A stretch of DNA of 64,000 nucleotides from Torpedo marmorata (taxonomy: Eukaryota): NCBI GenBank assembly GCA_977017645.1, contig OZ360226.1, positions 29,078,001-29,142,000 on the forward strand, given 5' to 3'. The position numbers and the translations under genes are program-made. Numbering within the stretch: position 1 is the first letter of the stretch; each line of letters opens with the position of its first letter. The notes beneath the pieces were generated by a model. It was given only the letters and a program-made list of their open reading frames with translations. It was not told the origin of the DNA and ran no database searches. Below, one piece after another: positions 50,208-64,000 of the stretch.

Positions 50208-51195
50208 ATGGAAGCCGCGCTAAGCAAGCGCTACCCGGGCCTGAGATTATCGGACTTGGCAGGAAATCAACAGCAGCCTCACCAGAACATGTCAGTCTTC
50301 CCGGGACTGGGCAGCCAGGCACACACACACCCCGGGGAGATCAGCAGTGATCACAGCGCGCCTCTCGCCCCTTTTGGGCCCGAGCACATGGCCCAAGCAA
50401 GTGCTCTGAAGCTCAGTCCATCTCAACACATGGCTGCGCATCCCGAAGTCCAGACAGCGGCGATTTTCGGCTCCGCACAGAACTCGGCCAGTTACCCAGC
50501 GGGCCATTCCCATTCAGCCTACGCGAGCGGCAGGGACTACATTCTCAGGAGAGACCTCTCAGCATCTGCCATGCATGGACTGGGCGATCAGCACTCCTCA
50601 ACTTCCTCTCACCATCACCACCATCACCACGGCATGTTTCTCTCCACAGCGGGAAGTTACGGGCACTCGGAAGTGTTCTCGGGTCTCCACGAGCAGTCTG
50701 CAGCAGGAACTCACCCAACTTTAAATGGGCAGATGCGCCTGGGGTTACCGGGAGAGATCTATAGGCCGGAGCACTACCCGGGCACTTCCCTACACAATTA
50801 TAACTCCATGAACTTAAACGTTAACCTGGCAGCGGCTCATCACGGATCCGGGGCATTCTTTAGGTACATGAGACAACCCATCAAGCAAGAGCTAATCTGC
50901 AAATGGATTGATCAAGACGACACTTCAAAGAAACCTTGTTCTAAAACTTTTAGCACGATGCACGAGTTGGTAAATCATGTCACGGTGGAGCACGTCGGAG
51001 GGCCCGAACAGAGCGTTCACATTTGTTATTGGGAGGAATGCCCCAGAGAAGGCAAGCCGTTCAAGGCGAAATACAAATTGGTAAACCATATCCGAGTTCA
51101 CACAGGGGAGAAACCTTTCCCTTGTCCGTTCCCCGGCTGCGGGAAAGTATTTGCTCGCTCAGAAAACTTGAAGATTCATAAAAGGACGCATACAG
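50208..51195 (+). CDS. ZIC5: Zinc finger protein ZIC5, exon 1; spliced CDS 1422 nt, 473 aa
   Basis: [48 protein letters not shown]1-3; phase-1 donor ACA G|gttggt; divergent from Zic2. Confidence 0.96.
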
Positions 51196-54100
51196 GTTGG
51201 TGTCAAACACTCTAAACTTTGTTCTTAGACCCCTCAACAAGTACACCCCGCTATCTCCAGCGAAGTATTGTTACGTTTATATAAAAATAAATGGTGTGGT
51301 TTTTTTTCTCTCTCTCTCTCTGGACGTAGAATTTAAGCGGGTTCTGTCTCTTTATCAAGTGCGCGCTGCTCAGAGAGATAAATATTTCACAAAGTCAAGG
51401 ATGTGAAATTAAAGGTTTCTCGGCTTCAATGGACTGGTTGTGGGGGCTTGTGCGTGTAAACAGGCGAGCAACACGTTCGAAAGAGTACACTGCTGCGACA
51501 ACTTTTTTTTTCTTGACCAGGAATTTGGAGTTGAAATGTCAGAAATTTAATTCGATGCGAATTAGCGTGGTTACTTGACCTCCTCTTGAGACTGTTTTTC
51601 GAAAGCCAAGTCTCCAAATTAAAGTCAGACGCTTCAACCCATCCTAAAAATTAAGAATGCTCAGGGCGATTGGAAAGAAGCAATTTTTAAATGAGGATGA
51701 CAAGAATTCAAATCAGTTTTAGGGCAGATATGGTATGTTGTAAATATGACAGGACGAGTTGTGGAAATTATTTTTTTTAAAGCCGTCGAAAGAAGCCAAT
51801 ATCGTCATGCTCGTAGACTGCAAGACATTATTTGGCTCAGTAATTACGAGGATGGAGAATTTTGCGAGCCATAGCTGCACCAATAATCTCTGCACCCTGA
51901 TCCCCGAGGGTACCCTCTATCTAAACTGAACAAAGTTTACTACGGATCTCGAGTATAATGTTTTAGTTGCTGGCGAAATAAAGCAACCTGGTCAGAATTT
52001 ATTGTTGCAGACAGATATTATCCCTTGGAGAATGTTTATTGACGTATGCTTTACTTAATTATTTCCATTGATTTATAGTGTGCTGTCACAGGGCATAAAC
52101 AGATAGTGTTACACCTATCCGTTTAATGCCTTCTTAATGTTTTGTTTAAATGTTAAAGCAAATGGCCCATGACTGCTTTGATTACAGATTTTATCTAAGG
52201 AATATGTTGCACATTTAAAGTAAAACATGGTTGCTTTTGGGGTTGGGGTGGGAGCGGCGGGAACCTGTGGAGTGCTGGACTTGCTTTCAGCCATAATGGT
52301 GACGACCAAATGAAGGAATGGATTTGGTTGTCCGAATCCTTCATCTGCACTCAGGACAAAACTGTTTCCAAGGCATCAAGTTTAGTCAAATTGATTTCTT
52401 ATATATTGTCCCAACGTATTCTTATCACCAAAGCAGTGTTTACAAACGAGGGCCATACAAGGACGTGGAGCAGCAAACACTCTGGCCGCGTTCGAGTTGC
52501 TGACAGCGGACATTAATGACATTAAAGCGGTCATTTATTCGTGTTTTGAGCAATGCTCAAATTTGACTCGACCGAAAAAAAGTCAGGAATTCCTCGGACG
52601 GGAATATTAACACAATTGAACTCTGGACGTGGTGACCACAGCGAAATGAAGACAAATCAAGAGGAATTCGTGCCGCACAGGGTAGCAGAAAGACTTTCTT
52701 CGCTTTAGTGGTACTGGAAGATGGTGCGGTTCTACTTGCTGTCCATCCCAGCTATTGAAACCAGTGTAGTTCGGCTTCCGTTAACGAGCAGTCACACACA
52801 CAGCCGCGATGTTGAAACGGATTTTGCCATTGTATTTTAGAAACCGCTTCAGAAAAGCGCAATAAAGACGGCACCCCGGTGTTTCCCCAGACAGAAACAG
52901 GCACGGTAATGATGATGTGCGTTTAAAACGTTCATTGCAGAACCCCGGGAGATGGTAACTTTACTGGTTCGGTAGCAGAAGTTGGGAGTTGCTGGAAGTT
53001 TCATTACAATGAGCTGGTATGTCTGTGTTGTCCAAAGGTTATACAAGCTAAGTCCTTCCAAGAGGAAATGGTCCGTTATCCCTCTGTTATATTGAGTAAT
53101 GTTGCAGAGGCGATCTGCTACTTTAGTTGGATTGGTTATTGTATTCACGAGGAAAATAGGAACAGCAAACTGAACAGATTCATATAGTCAGGGGTGTGCT
53201 GCCAGGTTCAGATGGGTGTTGTTTACTCGCCATGACACGAATGTTTGAGGGCGAAGTCGTTTTTACCAGTCAAGTGATTTCTGGATCCAGGTTCACACAT
53301 GGCACTCAAAGAACGTCAGTATCTCTCCTTTCATATGCTGCTTACGGCCAGAAACTACAGACTAAGCGGCGGGCCAATCGAAAGGCCAGGTTATGACCAG
53401 CCTCTGGGATTCGGATACAACATCAAGCTGCAGTACTCCACAAAGCTAAATATAAATATTTATGTATACAAATAGAACCAACCTGTTAAAGAACTGAAGA
53501 GCGCCTGTGGCCTTTGTGTTGCTTCAACCCCATCACATATCCTGCTTAAAATCATTAAATGGCACCAACATCAATGGACTTTTAAAAAAAGATTGGTTGC
53601 CAAGTTGTAAGATAGTAAATTGGTGTCAACAATAATCATATAATGAAGAACATGGAGATATATTTTAATGAAGTAAAGTGTGCAGTCTGCGAAGATGGTC
53701 ACCGGTTCTGTTTTACTGTTATTCAATTTTACTTCGGTGGACACTTAATAACAAATCATTTATAACAACGAATCTGCAAATAAACAGTAAAGAACGGGGT
53801 TCGATTTCGATTTCCATTTAAAGTCCTTCTACTGCAATAAAGGTGGAAAGGAATTTTGGGGGGAAGTTGTCCCATTACTTACTTGTGTTGTGCTGGTTGG
53901 GAAATGTCAAGGCAACACAGCTAACCCTTAAATGGTCCAGTTCTGATGAAGTTTGCCGATTTCCAGATTCCCAGATACCCAATCACAGAAGTAACAAGAC
54001 AGAGTGTGGGCAGGAACAAGACAGAGTGTGGGCTCAAGGCCTGGGGTTTGTGCCCAAGGCGCCAACTGGTTTAAATAGTTACAGATTGTAAAATTCCGAG

Positions 54101-54991
54101 CTCTTAAATAGCAAGCACTTGTGCTCTCTTTATAATTACCTCTTTGGACACCGCCTTAACACAAAAAAACGATATGGACTACTCGAAAGTATGTTTTAAA
54201 AGGTCAGAAATGTAAAATCTCGACAAAGTATCCCAACCGAAGCCGTTTCTATCCATGGATACTGACTAGCCCGCTGAGTTCTTTATTGTTTGCAGAAGTT
54301 TAACGTAGTTGGTTTAAAGCTTCTGGTCAAACATGTTTGACCATCACACCAAAAACTAAAGGGAGGGTCGGACTTTCCGCAACATTCCTTCGTGGGTAAC
54401 ATGCAGAACGTAGAGAAAATAGGCTTGGTGAAAAGCGATCGATTTGAGTTGCAATAGTAATCAAGGCGTTTTTTAGAAATAGAAACATTTCTCGCTCTGT
54501 ACAAGGTCTCCCACAAATTGCTGAGTAAACTAAACACGGAAAACTCGGTCTTTTTTTTTGGAAATAAAAGTTATATCTGTTGGATGCAATTATAAGCAAC
54601 AGTGCGAGGGAAAGCCTTAAGCATCACCAGCTGCTTACTGTTGTATAACTTTAATGTTCTATGTGTATGCAGGGCTGCAAATGTATATGAGAACGAACAA
54701 TGGATCCTGGAGGGGTTTAGCAAGGCCGGAGAATGCAAGAACGTGTAGGGAACCTAAAGCTTTTTGCCTTACATTTCTTGCGCCTTTCGGCAAGTCAGGA
54801 GTCCCAAAGCACTTTTTGAAGTGCAGTCGCTGTTGTAATGCAGGAATTTACCCCGGTCACCGAGGCTAAAACGGTGACAATACACGTTTGTATTTTTAAG
54901 AATTTGCCCAACACAATGGAAGCATGTTTGAAAAACTTTTTTTTTCGGTGCAAAACAGCTCATTGTATTTTTTTCTCCTTGTTATATTCAG

Positions 54992-55425
54992 GAGAGAAGC
55001 CTTTTAAATGCGAGTTCGATGGCTGTGACCGGAAATTTGCCAACAGCAGTGACAGGAAGAAGCATTCTCACGTCCACACCAGTGATAAGCCATACAACTG
55101 TAAAGTAAGAGGCTGCGACAAATCATACACTCACCCTAGTTCTCTTCGTAAACACATGAAAGTCCACTGCAAATCTCCTCCCCCTCCCCCTGGCTCCGGC
55201 TACGAGCTTTCAAACACGTCCCTGGGGATGGTGGCCCCAGCCTCAGAGACAGTCAGGGGCCGCACTGCCAGCGTGTCTTCTCAAGTAACCAACCTCAACG
55301 AATGGTACGTTTGCCAGGGGAGCGGTGCTGCCGACAACCTGCGCACATCTTCCAACAATGGCACCTCATCCGACACCGAGGATGAGGAAGTTTACACGAA
55401 CTCTGATCCTAGGACTATGCTCTGA
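54992..55425 (+). CDS. ZIC5: ZIC5 exon 2 (zinc fingers 4-5 and C-terminus)
   Basis: Acceptor ttatattcag|GA; [46 protein letters not shown], typical of Zic5. Confidence 0.96.
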
Positions 55426-56777
55426 CACAGGAGCTTTGGAGAAGCATGCAAGTGGGCAAGAGTCAAGACAGGGTTAGTGGCAATGGAGCCCATCAACTAA
55501 AGGCAGCTACGATGTCCAATGAATGGTCACCTTATACCAGCTAGATTCAAACCTCGTATGAAAGGAATTTAAGGGCTAAGGATCGGATCCTAGGCAACTT
55601 TCCAGCCTCGGTGTCAACTAGAATTATTGTGTGTTCTTCGAGGTAAAAGAGAATCGCAATCTCAATTTACTTTCAGACGATAGATTTTGATTTTATGATA
55701 TTAGGCGTGACTTAAACAGATAAAACTATCAGACCCACTTCGGACAAGCAATAGCATCTTCGACCCACCGGTAGACATCTCGCATCTGAGCCGTTCTTTG
55801 GTTAACGCCCAAATCAGAGTCGATTGTCCGAAAGAAGGGAAACCCTACAATTCTATGAAAGTATCATGGACTACAGTCCCTGGAGAAAAACAAAACGGTC
55901 ATAGCCTTGTGTTCAGTGAAATAACCCAGTGTTACTGGATTCGGTAACGAAGTATAAGCAGCATTTTATTTACATCACCCTCACATACAAAGCTGAATTA
56001 AGACTTCCCTGCTATATGTGAAAAGAGTCTTCTGTCAGTAATATTGAAAGTCACAAGGACTCTGTTTGACCCTGTGAAATCAGGATCGACAATATATCAA
56101 CCCTTAAAACCAAGAGCCCTGGGATTCCTTTGTGTGATCTTCTATCCATCATGGTATAGTCTAAAATCTTCATATTTTACTCATAATTATTCAGGCCTTC
56201 AGACAAACAAACTAAAGAGCACTAATATGTCCTCAGAGGCCAGAAGATGCAAAAATGACAGGCCTGTCCCTGTAGGATTTGTACATAATTGTTGTGGGCT
56301 GCAAGTCATTGATGTAATCGTTAGCTATCTTAAGATTTTGTCCATAAATGCTCTTTTATTTTTAAACTATTATTTATTTGCTGATGTGTAATATCTTTCT
56401 GCGATAGTACAGACACACCAAAGAATTATATTATTAAGTTTGGTGCGGTATTGTGGTGTTTATGAATCTGTGGATTCGTCAGATCATTTAATTTCTACTC
56501 ATTTGAATGAAATGTAAAATGTGAAAAGTGGAAAGTGGTTGTTTATTTCTCCTTAGTGGTGATTAATCGTTGTTACTATAGCATTGGTCAATGTTAAAAT
56601 TACGATGCATGTTGCAGTCATTTTATATGTCCCTTGCATTGACAAACGCCCCCAAAACTGATTGAAAAAAATGCAACGAAGACATATCAGTTCCTTTATT
56701 GCAATGAATGGTCCACGTGTACTTTGTGTTTCAGTGAAAGGGGTTTAAACCGTGTGACAGTGTATTTTACAATTGTG

Positions 56778-56783
56778 AATAAA
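56778..56783 (+). terminator. Candidate Zic5 polyadenylation signal
   Basis: AATAAA about 1.35 kb after the stop, with a U-rich downstream element (TGTTTTTCCTCTGTTTT). Confidence 0.55.
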
Positions 56784-59700
56784 GAGATATTGTTTTTCCT
56801 CTGTTTTAATAATTGCATTCTGTATTAAATGTGTAAATCCTAACATTTGTCAAAAGGTAATTTTTGGGGGGAATTGTGCACTTAGTGATCCTTAACTCGA
56901 CCTTGGATAGTGAAGAATCATGTTACCTCAGCCAATGATGTAAAGGTAAATGATTCAAGGCCCCAGGTAGTGACTTTTATGTTGAACTGCTTACAAGGAC
57001 CTTTGCAATATTTACATGTTCAACTGCAGATTTGTCGGCATGCAAGAGGCGGGAAGATACGGTCGGGCAGACGGATATGAAACAGTTCCAAATATTGCCT
57101 GTAACCGACCTTTCAAAATGACGTCAAAAAGGCAAGAAAGGAAGTCACGTTTGCCCCTGAATCAAAATATCCTCAACTCCAGAAGTGCAGGGAAGCGGCA
57201 GGCTGGGAGATATATTGGCTGAGAGAAAATCACGATTCAACGACGATTACAAATCCAGTCATTATACTTAATTATTTTAATATCTTGGGAGTTATTTTGT
57301 AGCCTCGTCCCCCATGGTCTAGACTTTATTTCACGATCGCCCCCTTCCCCACCAGACAAACCAAACTGCAAAATAAAAACAATGCGTCAAAATAAATTTC
57401 CCAGAAATCGGTTTCTCCCCGACAATCCAGCTGTGATCAGCCTTTTCAACATTTCATAGCTACCAATTTGGTCTCTAGAACTACAATAGAATTATTATGG
57501 TTATCTTTACGTGCGTTATGGATGTATCACTGATCAGCTTATCACGCCTCGGGTCACCTTGACGGCTATCCCACCAGCTAAAAGCGAATTATAGAAGCCG
57601 CTGGGATATGAGGAGATGCCGTCTGCACCCAAGGGTGACCCCGTCTAATGTACATCATGGTAAAATAATGAACAGGTACCAGGTTCCTTTGGTCAAAATG
57701 TCAAAGAACAGATGGAAATGTGGGCGATGAATCAGAGCCGATGTACAAAAAAAGCAATCCCGAGAATGACCGATATTCCCCCTAAATGAAACCGGTTGTT
57801 CTCTGAGATTCACAATTAAATGCATATGAAGCAGAAGAAGATTCATGTAAATGAAGGCGCCAATCAATGGGAAAACTTATAGTACTCTAATGAAGTTTCT
57901 CGTGAAAGAAGGGTCGTACAAAGGCATCGAGACATGAATGATTCATGGGAAATATAAAAGATAAAAGATATCTAACAATAAGCAGATCGTTGTAAAGAAT
58001 GCAAAATACACGCTTCCCTTCCACACGCTCCCCATTTAAACGCACAATCTCGTTCTCCTAATGTTCACCATTTTCCCTGTGCGGGTAAAATGCGACCAGT
58101 GCCTATCCTGCGCCACTTCAAAGCAATTTACTCCGGAGCGGAAGACTTGGCGCTTGGACACTCTTCATGGTGTGTTACGATTTCTATGGCAATTGGCAGA
58201 CTCGAGCTTCACATTTGAATATATTTCCAATAAAGCCACTTATTAGGGTCTAAGCGGTACATGATTTGACCATATATAGTCTTTATCCTCCCCACAAAAA
58301 AAAAACCCACCTAGATTAACAGTGAGCACATTGGGAAAAATACACTTTGACAGGAACATCTCACCACTGCGGTTTTTCCTTGTATAAAACCCAACAATGT
58401 GCAAGAAACGCGTACTAACTCTTTCCCACATGTTCAGGCAAAGACAAATATGAGTCAAAAGTCCTTTCACACAAGCATCATCAGCCAGCGAGAAAGTGGA
58501 CGGATGCAAACACGTTCAATAATGCCCTTTTGTCAACATTACGAGGCTTTCTAATAAAACATCACCAGAGAGCACAACAAATGAGATCGACTCTACCTTC
58601 TCCCAGATTTATGAGGACTGCAACCGGAAAATATGTTTTAACAGGGTGCTAGTGGGTGGAATTGGAGATTGTTGTGAAAACAGCATACCTGTATATGTAG
58701 TGTAAGAAATAGGGATTACTGTCATTTCAGTTTGCAAATAGGTGTTTGGTTGCACGAGGAAAGAATCAGATGCAGCGTACCTGAAGTAGTTAAAAATAGG
58801 ATTCACATTTGAGACACAGGCTTGCTTTCTCTACAAGGAATGGCCCTTTCCTGTAGCCTGTCACTGACCACTTTAGATAAGCTAAACATATATAAGAAGG
58901 TGGAGAAAAAGCAAACTCAAGTCAACAGCAATAACAAAAAGAGGGGGAGAAAAAAGGGAAAAAGTGTAAGTGTGTAATCAGGCAGGGAGAAGTTCAAAGA
59001 CAGGGGCTTTGAAATTCAAACTACTGCTTTTACGGTACATCAACATGGCGCGTTAAGATTGCTATGGCAATGAGCAATTCGAAAGCTGACTGCATCCAAA
59101 GCAGTCTACCTCGATTCGCGACAGTCTATTAAGATACAGTTGCATTGACCTTTAGTTTCATGCTATGTTAGTTCAGTCATCTTCACTGCATCAGAATCTT
59201 TCATATTTTGTCTTTTCCCCTCCAGGAGAGTCTTCCCCCCTACCTTACTTTTCCCTTCCCTTCCCTCCTCGCCCACCCCTTCAAAATATCAGCGACTTTA
59301 TTTTTCCCTTGGGGATCGGCCTTGAAGTGTTTACTCGGCTCTTTCTCTCCCTTTTTTTGCACTTACCAACTATTGTGTGCAATATGCTATCGTCCTTTGT
59401 TTATCTAATACAAGTACTCAGTGAATGGTGAAAAATAAACACGATGAAAAATAACCAAACAGATGATTCCTCCTAGTGAAAAACCCGGGGACTTAATAAA
59501 AGAGCGAAGCAGTCACCGTTGAAAGAGAAACCCTTTGAAGTGGAACTTATTATCTGAGGAATACTTTGCCGTCGTCCTAACGACACAGCTGAATTGAAAA
59601 ACGCTCCCTTTTGTCAACGATTTGTTCTCCTTTACTAGAAAGCCCACTGAAATTACTTACATGAACTGCCTTAACATACAGACTGTGGAAATCAGGAACT

Positions 59701-59801
59701 TTGCAACTCAGACTTTCTGACGCCACTTCTGCTGAATTTGAAGGGAGGTGTAGAAGGGACAGCGTAGAGAGGGAGGGGTGGATTTTTAACAGATCCCGAT
59801 A

Positions 59802-59804
<3 letters not shown>

Positions 59805-59842
<38 letters not shown>
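59805..59842. repeat. (TG)n microsatellite
   Basis: Seen directly. Confidence 0.9.
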
Positions 59843-59843
<1 letters not shown>

Positions 59844-61009
59844 GCAGAGGGTGAGTTACAATTTCGATTTCAGATGCACTCCATGCACGTTCTTAAAGTG
59901 CCACTCATACACCATATTATGTCAGATACAGACTACAATGTTCCCCCACTCACTCTGCCTCGCCATAAGTCTTTAAAAAAAAATAACCTCATAGCTCCCT
60001 GGCCTCTCTTTGTACAAACCACATCCTGTTTTATACAAATTTATTCATAACAGATGCATAAAATACACCACCGGTTTCAGAATTATGCTACAAAGCCAAA
60101 CGCAGAGCTTAGACTTGCATAGTTGTTAAACCTGTCCAGTCTCTCGCGAAGGTAATTATTTATTCTGAGACATTTGCCATACATCTCAGATCTCGTTTGC
60201 TGGAAAATAATTGCGACAAATATTTACCAACTTAGCAAGATCAGCCAAAAATTTCACAACAATGTACTGTATTGCTATTTTTTTTTTCAAATTTCTTGTT
60301 AATGCAATCTGATTTAAGTGCAGTTATCTTCGCCTACCACAAATGAAATATAGCTTTTAAAAACTGTAAATTGCCCCATTTAACACAGAATTTATTGTGG
60401 TCATGGTCATCTTCTGCCAGATTACATGTAATGGTTTCTGAACAGAAATCTTTAACTATATTATAATATTCAGCAATTTTTATACAATCTACCAAAAAGC
60501 GCTGCCTTATAATCTGAACATCCTGAAAAATAATGTGCTCTCTGAGAACAGCGCACCAGTGGTAGCGTTACAAGCAGAGTGCATTAAATATTGAATGACA
60601 CTGGGGAAAAAAGAGCTTGTCAAGGAGCACTCATCCTGAAAGTCTTTCTTTGACTTTTTTCTGCACTGCCCTGTCCGACTATTTAAGCTGGTGTTAATTA
60701 AGGCTGCTTACGATTCAGCTCGATTCCAGCTTTGTCTATTTACTCACCACCCTTGTCAAACGACATCGTTAGTCTAACCAGCTTTTTGCACACACATTTA
60801 GTTTAGTAAAAGTGCACTTCCTTTAGTACTCCAGATAGAAAGGCTGTCTCTGCAGGTGATTCTGCAAACCCCGGAATCTCCTCTAAAATATTGATTTAGC
60901 GTTGGAAGATCGATATAGCCGCATTGAAACAAATGTGTCATCGGTGCATCTAAATGGAACTTCTGACCGATCATCGTTTATTGGATAAATTATATAGTGT
61001 GATTCTTAC

Positions 61010-61332
61010 TCACACGAACACAAACATGAAGATGCACACAGGCAAAAAAAGGCTCATACACCAACACCCACACACACAAGCACAACCCAACACACACATA
61101 CTCCCAACACGCACACACCTACACACAAATACGCACACTAATAACGTGGTTCCCGCACATACACAAACTCTCCTTCCCAACACTCACACACATATTGCTA
61201 TGCTCCCTTCCCCTTTTCCAACACACACACACACACACACACAATCCCTCCCCAACACAAACACACAGACACACACAAAACACAGATACACTCCTCCTCC
61301 CCTCCCCTACACACCCACACATATCATACACA
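61010..61332. repeat. Degenerate CA-rich simple repeat
   Basis: CACACA-rich tract; accounts for the His/Thr-rich ORF 60954..61343. Confidence 0.8.
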
Positions 61333-64000
61333 AGAAAGAATAACATTGTTTATTCTCTAAGTCTTTAAGACACTCTTCAAACTTCTATTGAAAGATATAA
61401 TTCTTTTTTTAGTTTGGCAATCAACTCGCTTCGTGCTCTTACAAATCAGCGCGGTTGTTGGATGTCCGGGAAATCAGCCCCAATAATTGTTTCACCATAT
61501 CATTGTGTTGAATGAAGCATATTGGACATTTAAACTTGCTGTAAATGACAATCAAAGCCTAAAAGTTATAGTGAAAGAAAATAGTGTCAAAACAATCAAT
61601 CCTGTTTTTGCAAGGAAGAGCAGTGGTTTGTTTCTGATCAGAAGGATCCTTCTGATTGGCTCCCAGTCTAGTATCAGCCGATACAACAGCAGTGACTAAA
61701 GGGAAGTAAATCAGCCACTGGACTGACATCAGGTACAAACCCGCTGACAAAATGTCTTCTTATTCGCTTCCATGTTAAGTGGGAAGATTGTTTCAGCAAC
61801 TGAAGCTAATTTGAATGATTTATAGATAAAACTTGACCCTGTCTTTAAAAGTCTTGTAAAGGAAATAATTCCTCGTCAGAGAACGAGGTCGTTTCCCCAG
61901 GCCTGTGTTGTGGAAAGTGAAAACACTCTCAGTCAGGAAATTAGCTGAAATACTTCACTCTGAGACTGCACCACTTGGACTAATTTACACACCATTTGCA
62001 AACATGTTCCACTGGTCGTTGAAAGGGCGAGGATTTGTCGGTGCGGGCTGGGGGAAAAGACAATTTTGGGGGAAATATTCAATGATGTTAGCAAGCCTTT
62101 TCATATCACCTGCGAGTCCTGCACACTGGAAAATGGGCACTGTTCAATGCTGGAGTGTTAATAGGGACTGGTTATTCAAGACGGGAGATCCACGTGATGC
62201 TTGAACAAGGTTTAAGGATGATATTAAATCGTTCTGCATTTCTCCCCAACTAACATGGTAAACAGTAGCATTATATTTAAGGGTGACGGAAACGGAATAA
62301 TTACGCAATGCCTTGGAAAGATGGCGGACTAGACTGTAAGCATGTCCTCTCACTTCTGCCAAATGTGTAGGCAGTTTGCACAGAATTCTCTTCAGGTGCC
62401 TTGACAACCTGCACAAGCATTGTAATTGTGTAAATGGGGCTGTAGAAGAGGTTGCCCCAGAGATCATATTAAGAATGTATTAACTCCATACATCCTGGGT
62501 GCAGATTCAGTCTATCCCAGGGTCGTGAATGAAATCTAGGGACAAATGTTTTAATGTACAAAAGGAGAGGGTCATAAAATAACTAATAGGATGAGAGAAA
62601 CACAGCGGATTCCCTGCTACTGTAGTTCGACAAACTCAATTTCCTGTTTGCACTCTTCACCAGTCTGATTAGATTCTGGTTTTTACAATAGATTTGTAAA
62701 ACCCCTTTCGATAAAGCAATGTTATACTTAGTCGCCTTTTTGTCCCTTCAAAACAGTACATTAATTATCAGTAACTAAAGAAACATTTGCTAAACTTCCA
62801 ATCTAGGTTGGGATTAGTCTAAATCCCGGCGTTTGTATTACAGTGGGATCTGGCGGATTCCTGCTGTTGATGGTGCTGTATTCTTGGACTCTATTCTTCT
62901 TGCTGGTTCAAGTGTAGAGCTTTTCATCGAGAAACACTTCTTGTTAATGGACACACATTCATAGTCTAGGCTGTGTGCCAAAATCCTCCAAGCACCCTAC
63001 CTGGAGCACTGCTTAAATTTCTTGAATAGGTGGAGAGAGGGATACAGAGTCATGTTCTGGGAACGTGCTTAAGTCGTTCTTAGGATCCAAATGTAATTTA
63101 AGTGGACAACAATTCTCCCTCAGAAGTTGAACAGTAAGAGGAATCTGTAAGTACGCGTACCTCCAGTTTTTTTTTGTTTGTGAGCATATTCAGAGGCTGC
63201 TAACACACAGAGTCAAAGCAGGCAACGGCTTTGTCATAGATGGCGTGTTGTTGAAAGTTAAGTGTCTACTGCTTGATGTGCCTGTCTTGGAGAAGTTTTA
63301 ACTACAAGCGAGTACCGGTGTCATTTTAAATTAGGGCCCGGTTGAATTGCGGTAAATTTTAGGAGCGATTCATTTTTTCTCCCAGAAGTCAGATTTGGGC
63401 CACTGTGACTTCACCTATTAGCCCCGATGTCTTTCCGAAAAGAGTTGAACATCCGACAAAATGCACTCCGGGGCGCCTCTTTCCTGACCTCCAGCCGTTT
63501 TTGATAGTTTCATAGGAACTTCATTAAATCAATTACTTAGTGGGCACATCATAATTTATTTGTAATTAGTACTCAAGAGCTTGTTTTTTTGCAACAGACC
63601 TCGAAAGACCTGCCCAGCGGGATGTGGTGTGTAAGGCAAGGAATTTTGTTTTCTATTCACTCGTGGCATTATTCGAGCGAAACAATAGGTGTAATCTCAC
63701 GTCTTAATCTAGCACCGTCAGGAGAAAACAAACAATTGAGTGTGACAATATTTGTCTTCATTTAGAAGTTCTTTGTCGCGATGCACTTGTATAGATATCC
63801 AGTATACTGAATTATAGGTTCTGTGCTCAGGGCGGGCAGTGGGCTCACAGGGAAAGCGAGCGTGTGCCCCTCTGTGGATGCGTGTGAGTGACAGAGGCAG
63901 AAGGGGAAAGTGAGATTGTGCTGATGTCGGAGAGAGTGTGCAGAGATAAGACGAGAGGAAGGATTGCAAGGCGTAGGAGGCCGGTGGTACAGGTGAGATG

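Noticed and set aside
39078-51195. Alternative identity as Zic1/Zic4 or Zic3/Zic6
   Set aside because: The N- and C-terminal signatures (FARHHHH..DREL; [31 protein letters not shown]) fit Zic2 and Zic5
53993-54033. 19-bp direct duplication AACAAGACAGAGTGTGGGC
   Set aside because: Only two copies 3 bp apart; an ordinary slippage duplication, not an array or TSD
54838-54991. N-terminal part of ORF 54838..55425 as coding
   Set aside because: Intronic; it contains the polypyrimidine tract and the acceptor at 54991
60954-61343. His/Thr-rich 129-aa ORF
   Set aside because: Translation of a degenerate CA repeat
56800-64000. Terminal exons of CLYBL, expected from synteny
   Set aside because: I recognised no CLYBL-like peptide; the gene probably lies beyond the window

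Overview
Vertebrate genomic DNA, most likely from a cartilaginous fish (shark or ray), judged from the repeat families: HE1/V-SINE, shark-type CR1 ends, Penelope pLTRs, Rex1/Babar and L1/Tx1. The right half (about 29-64 kb) is almost free of transposons and holds the head-to-head Zic2 (minus, 3 exons, 450 aa) and Zic5 (plus, 2 exons, 473 aa) pair, with their promoters, UTRs and candidate enhancers. The left half (1-28.8 kb) is a nested pile of retroelements. It includes a nearly intact full-length L1/Tx1 with a 17-bp TSD, two more TSD-bounded L1s, a solo LTR, Rex1/Babar, CR1 and Penelope copies. Among them is a CpG-rich promoter with a 54-bp coding exon, not called in the ORF track, that is probably exon 1 of PCCA, the syntenic neighbour of ZIC2. 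I found no clearly new protein-coding system. The most unusual items are a TSD-flanked hammerhead-bearing Penelope solo pLTR between Zic2 and Zic5, a GC-rich non-tRNA SINE-like family with a Rex1-type 3' tail, and a possible non-AUG N-terminal extension of Zic5. Family names and comparisons with human proteins come from motif recognition and memory, not database searches.
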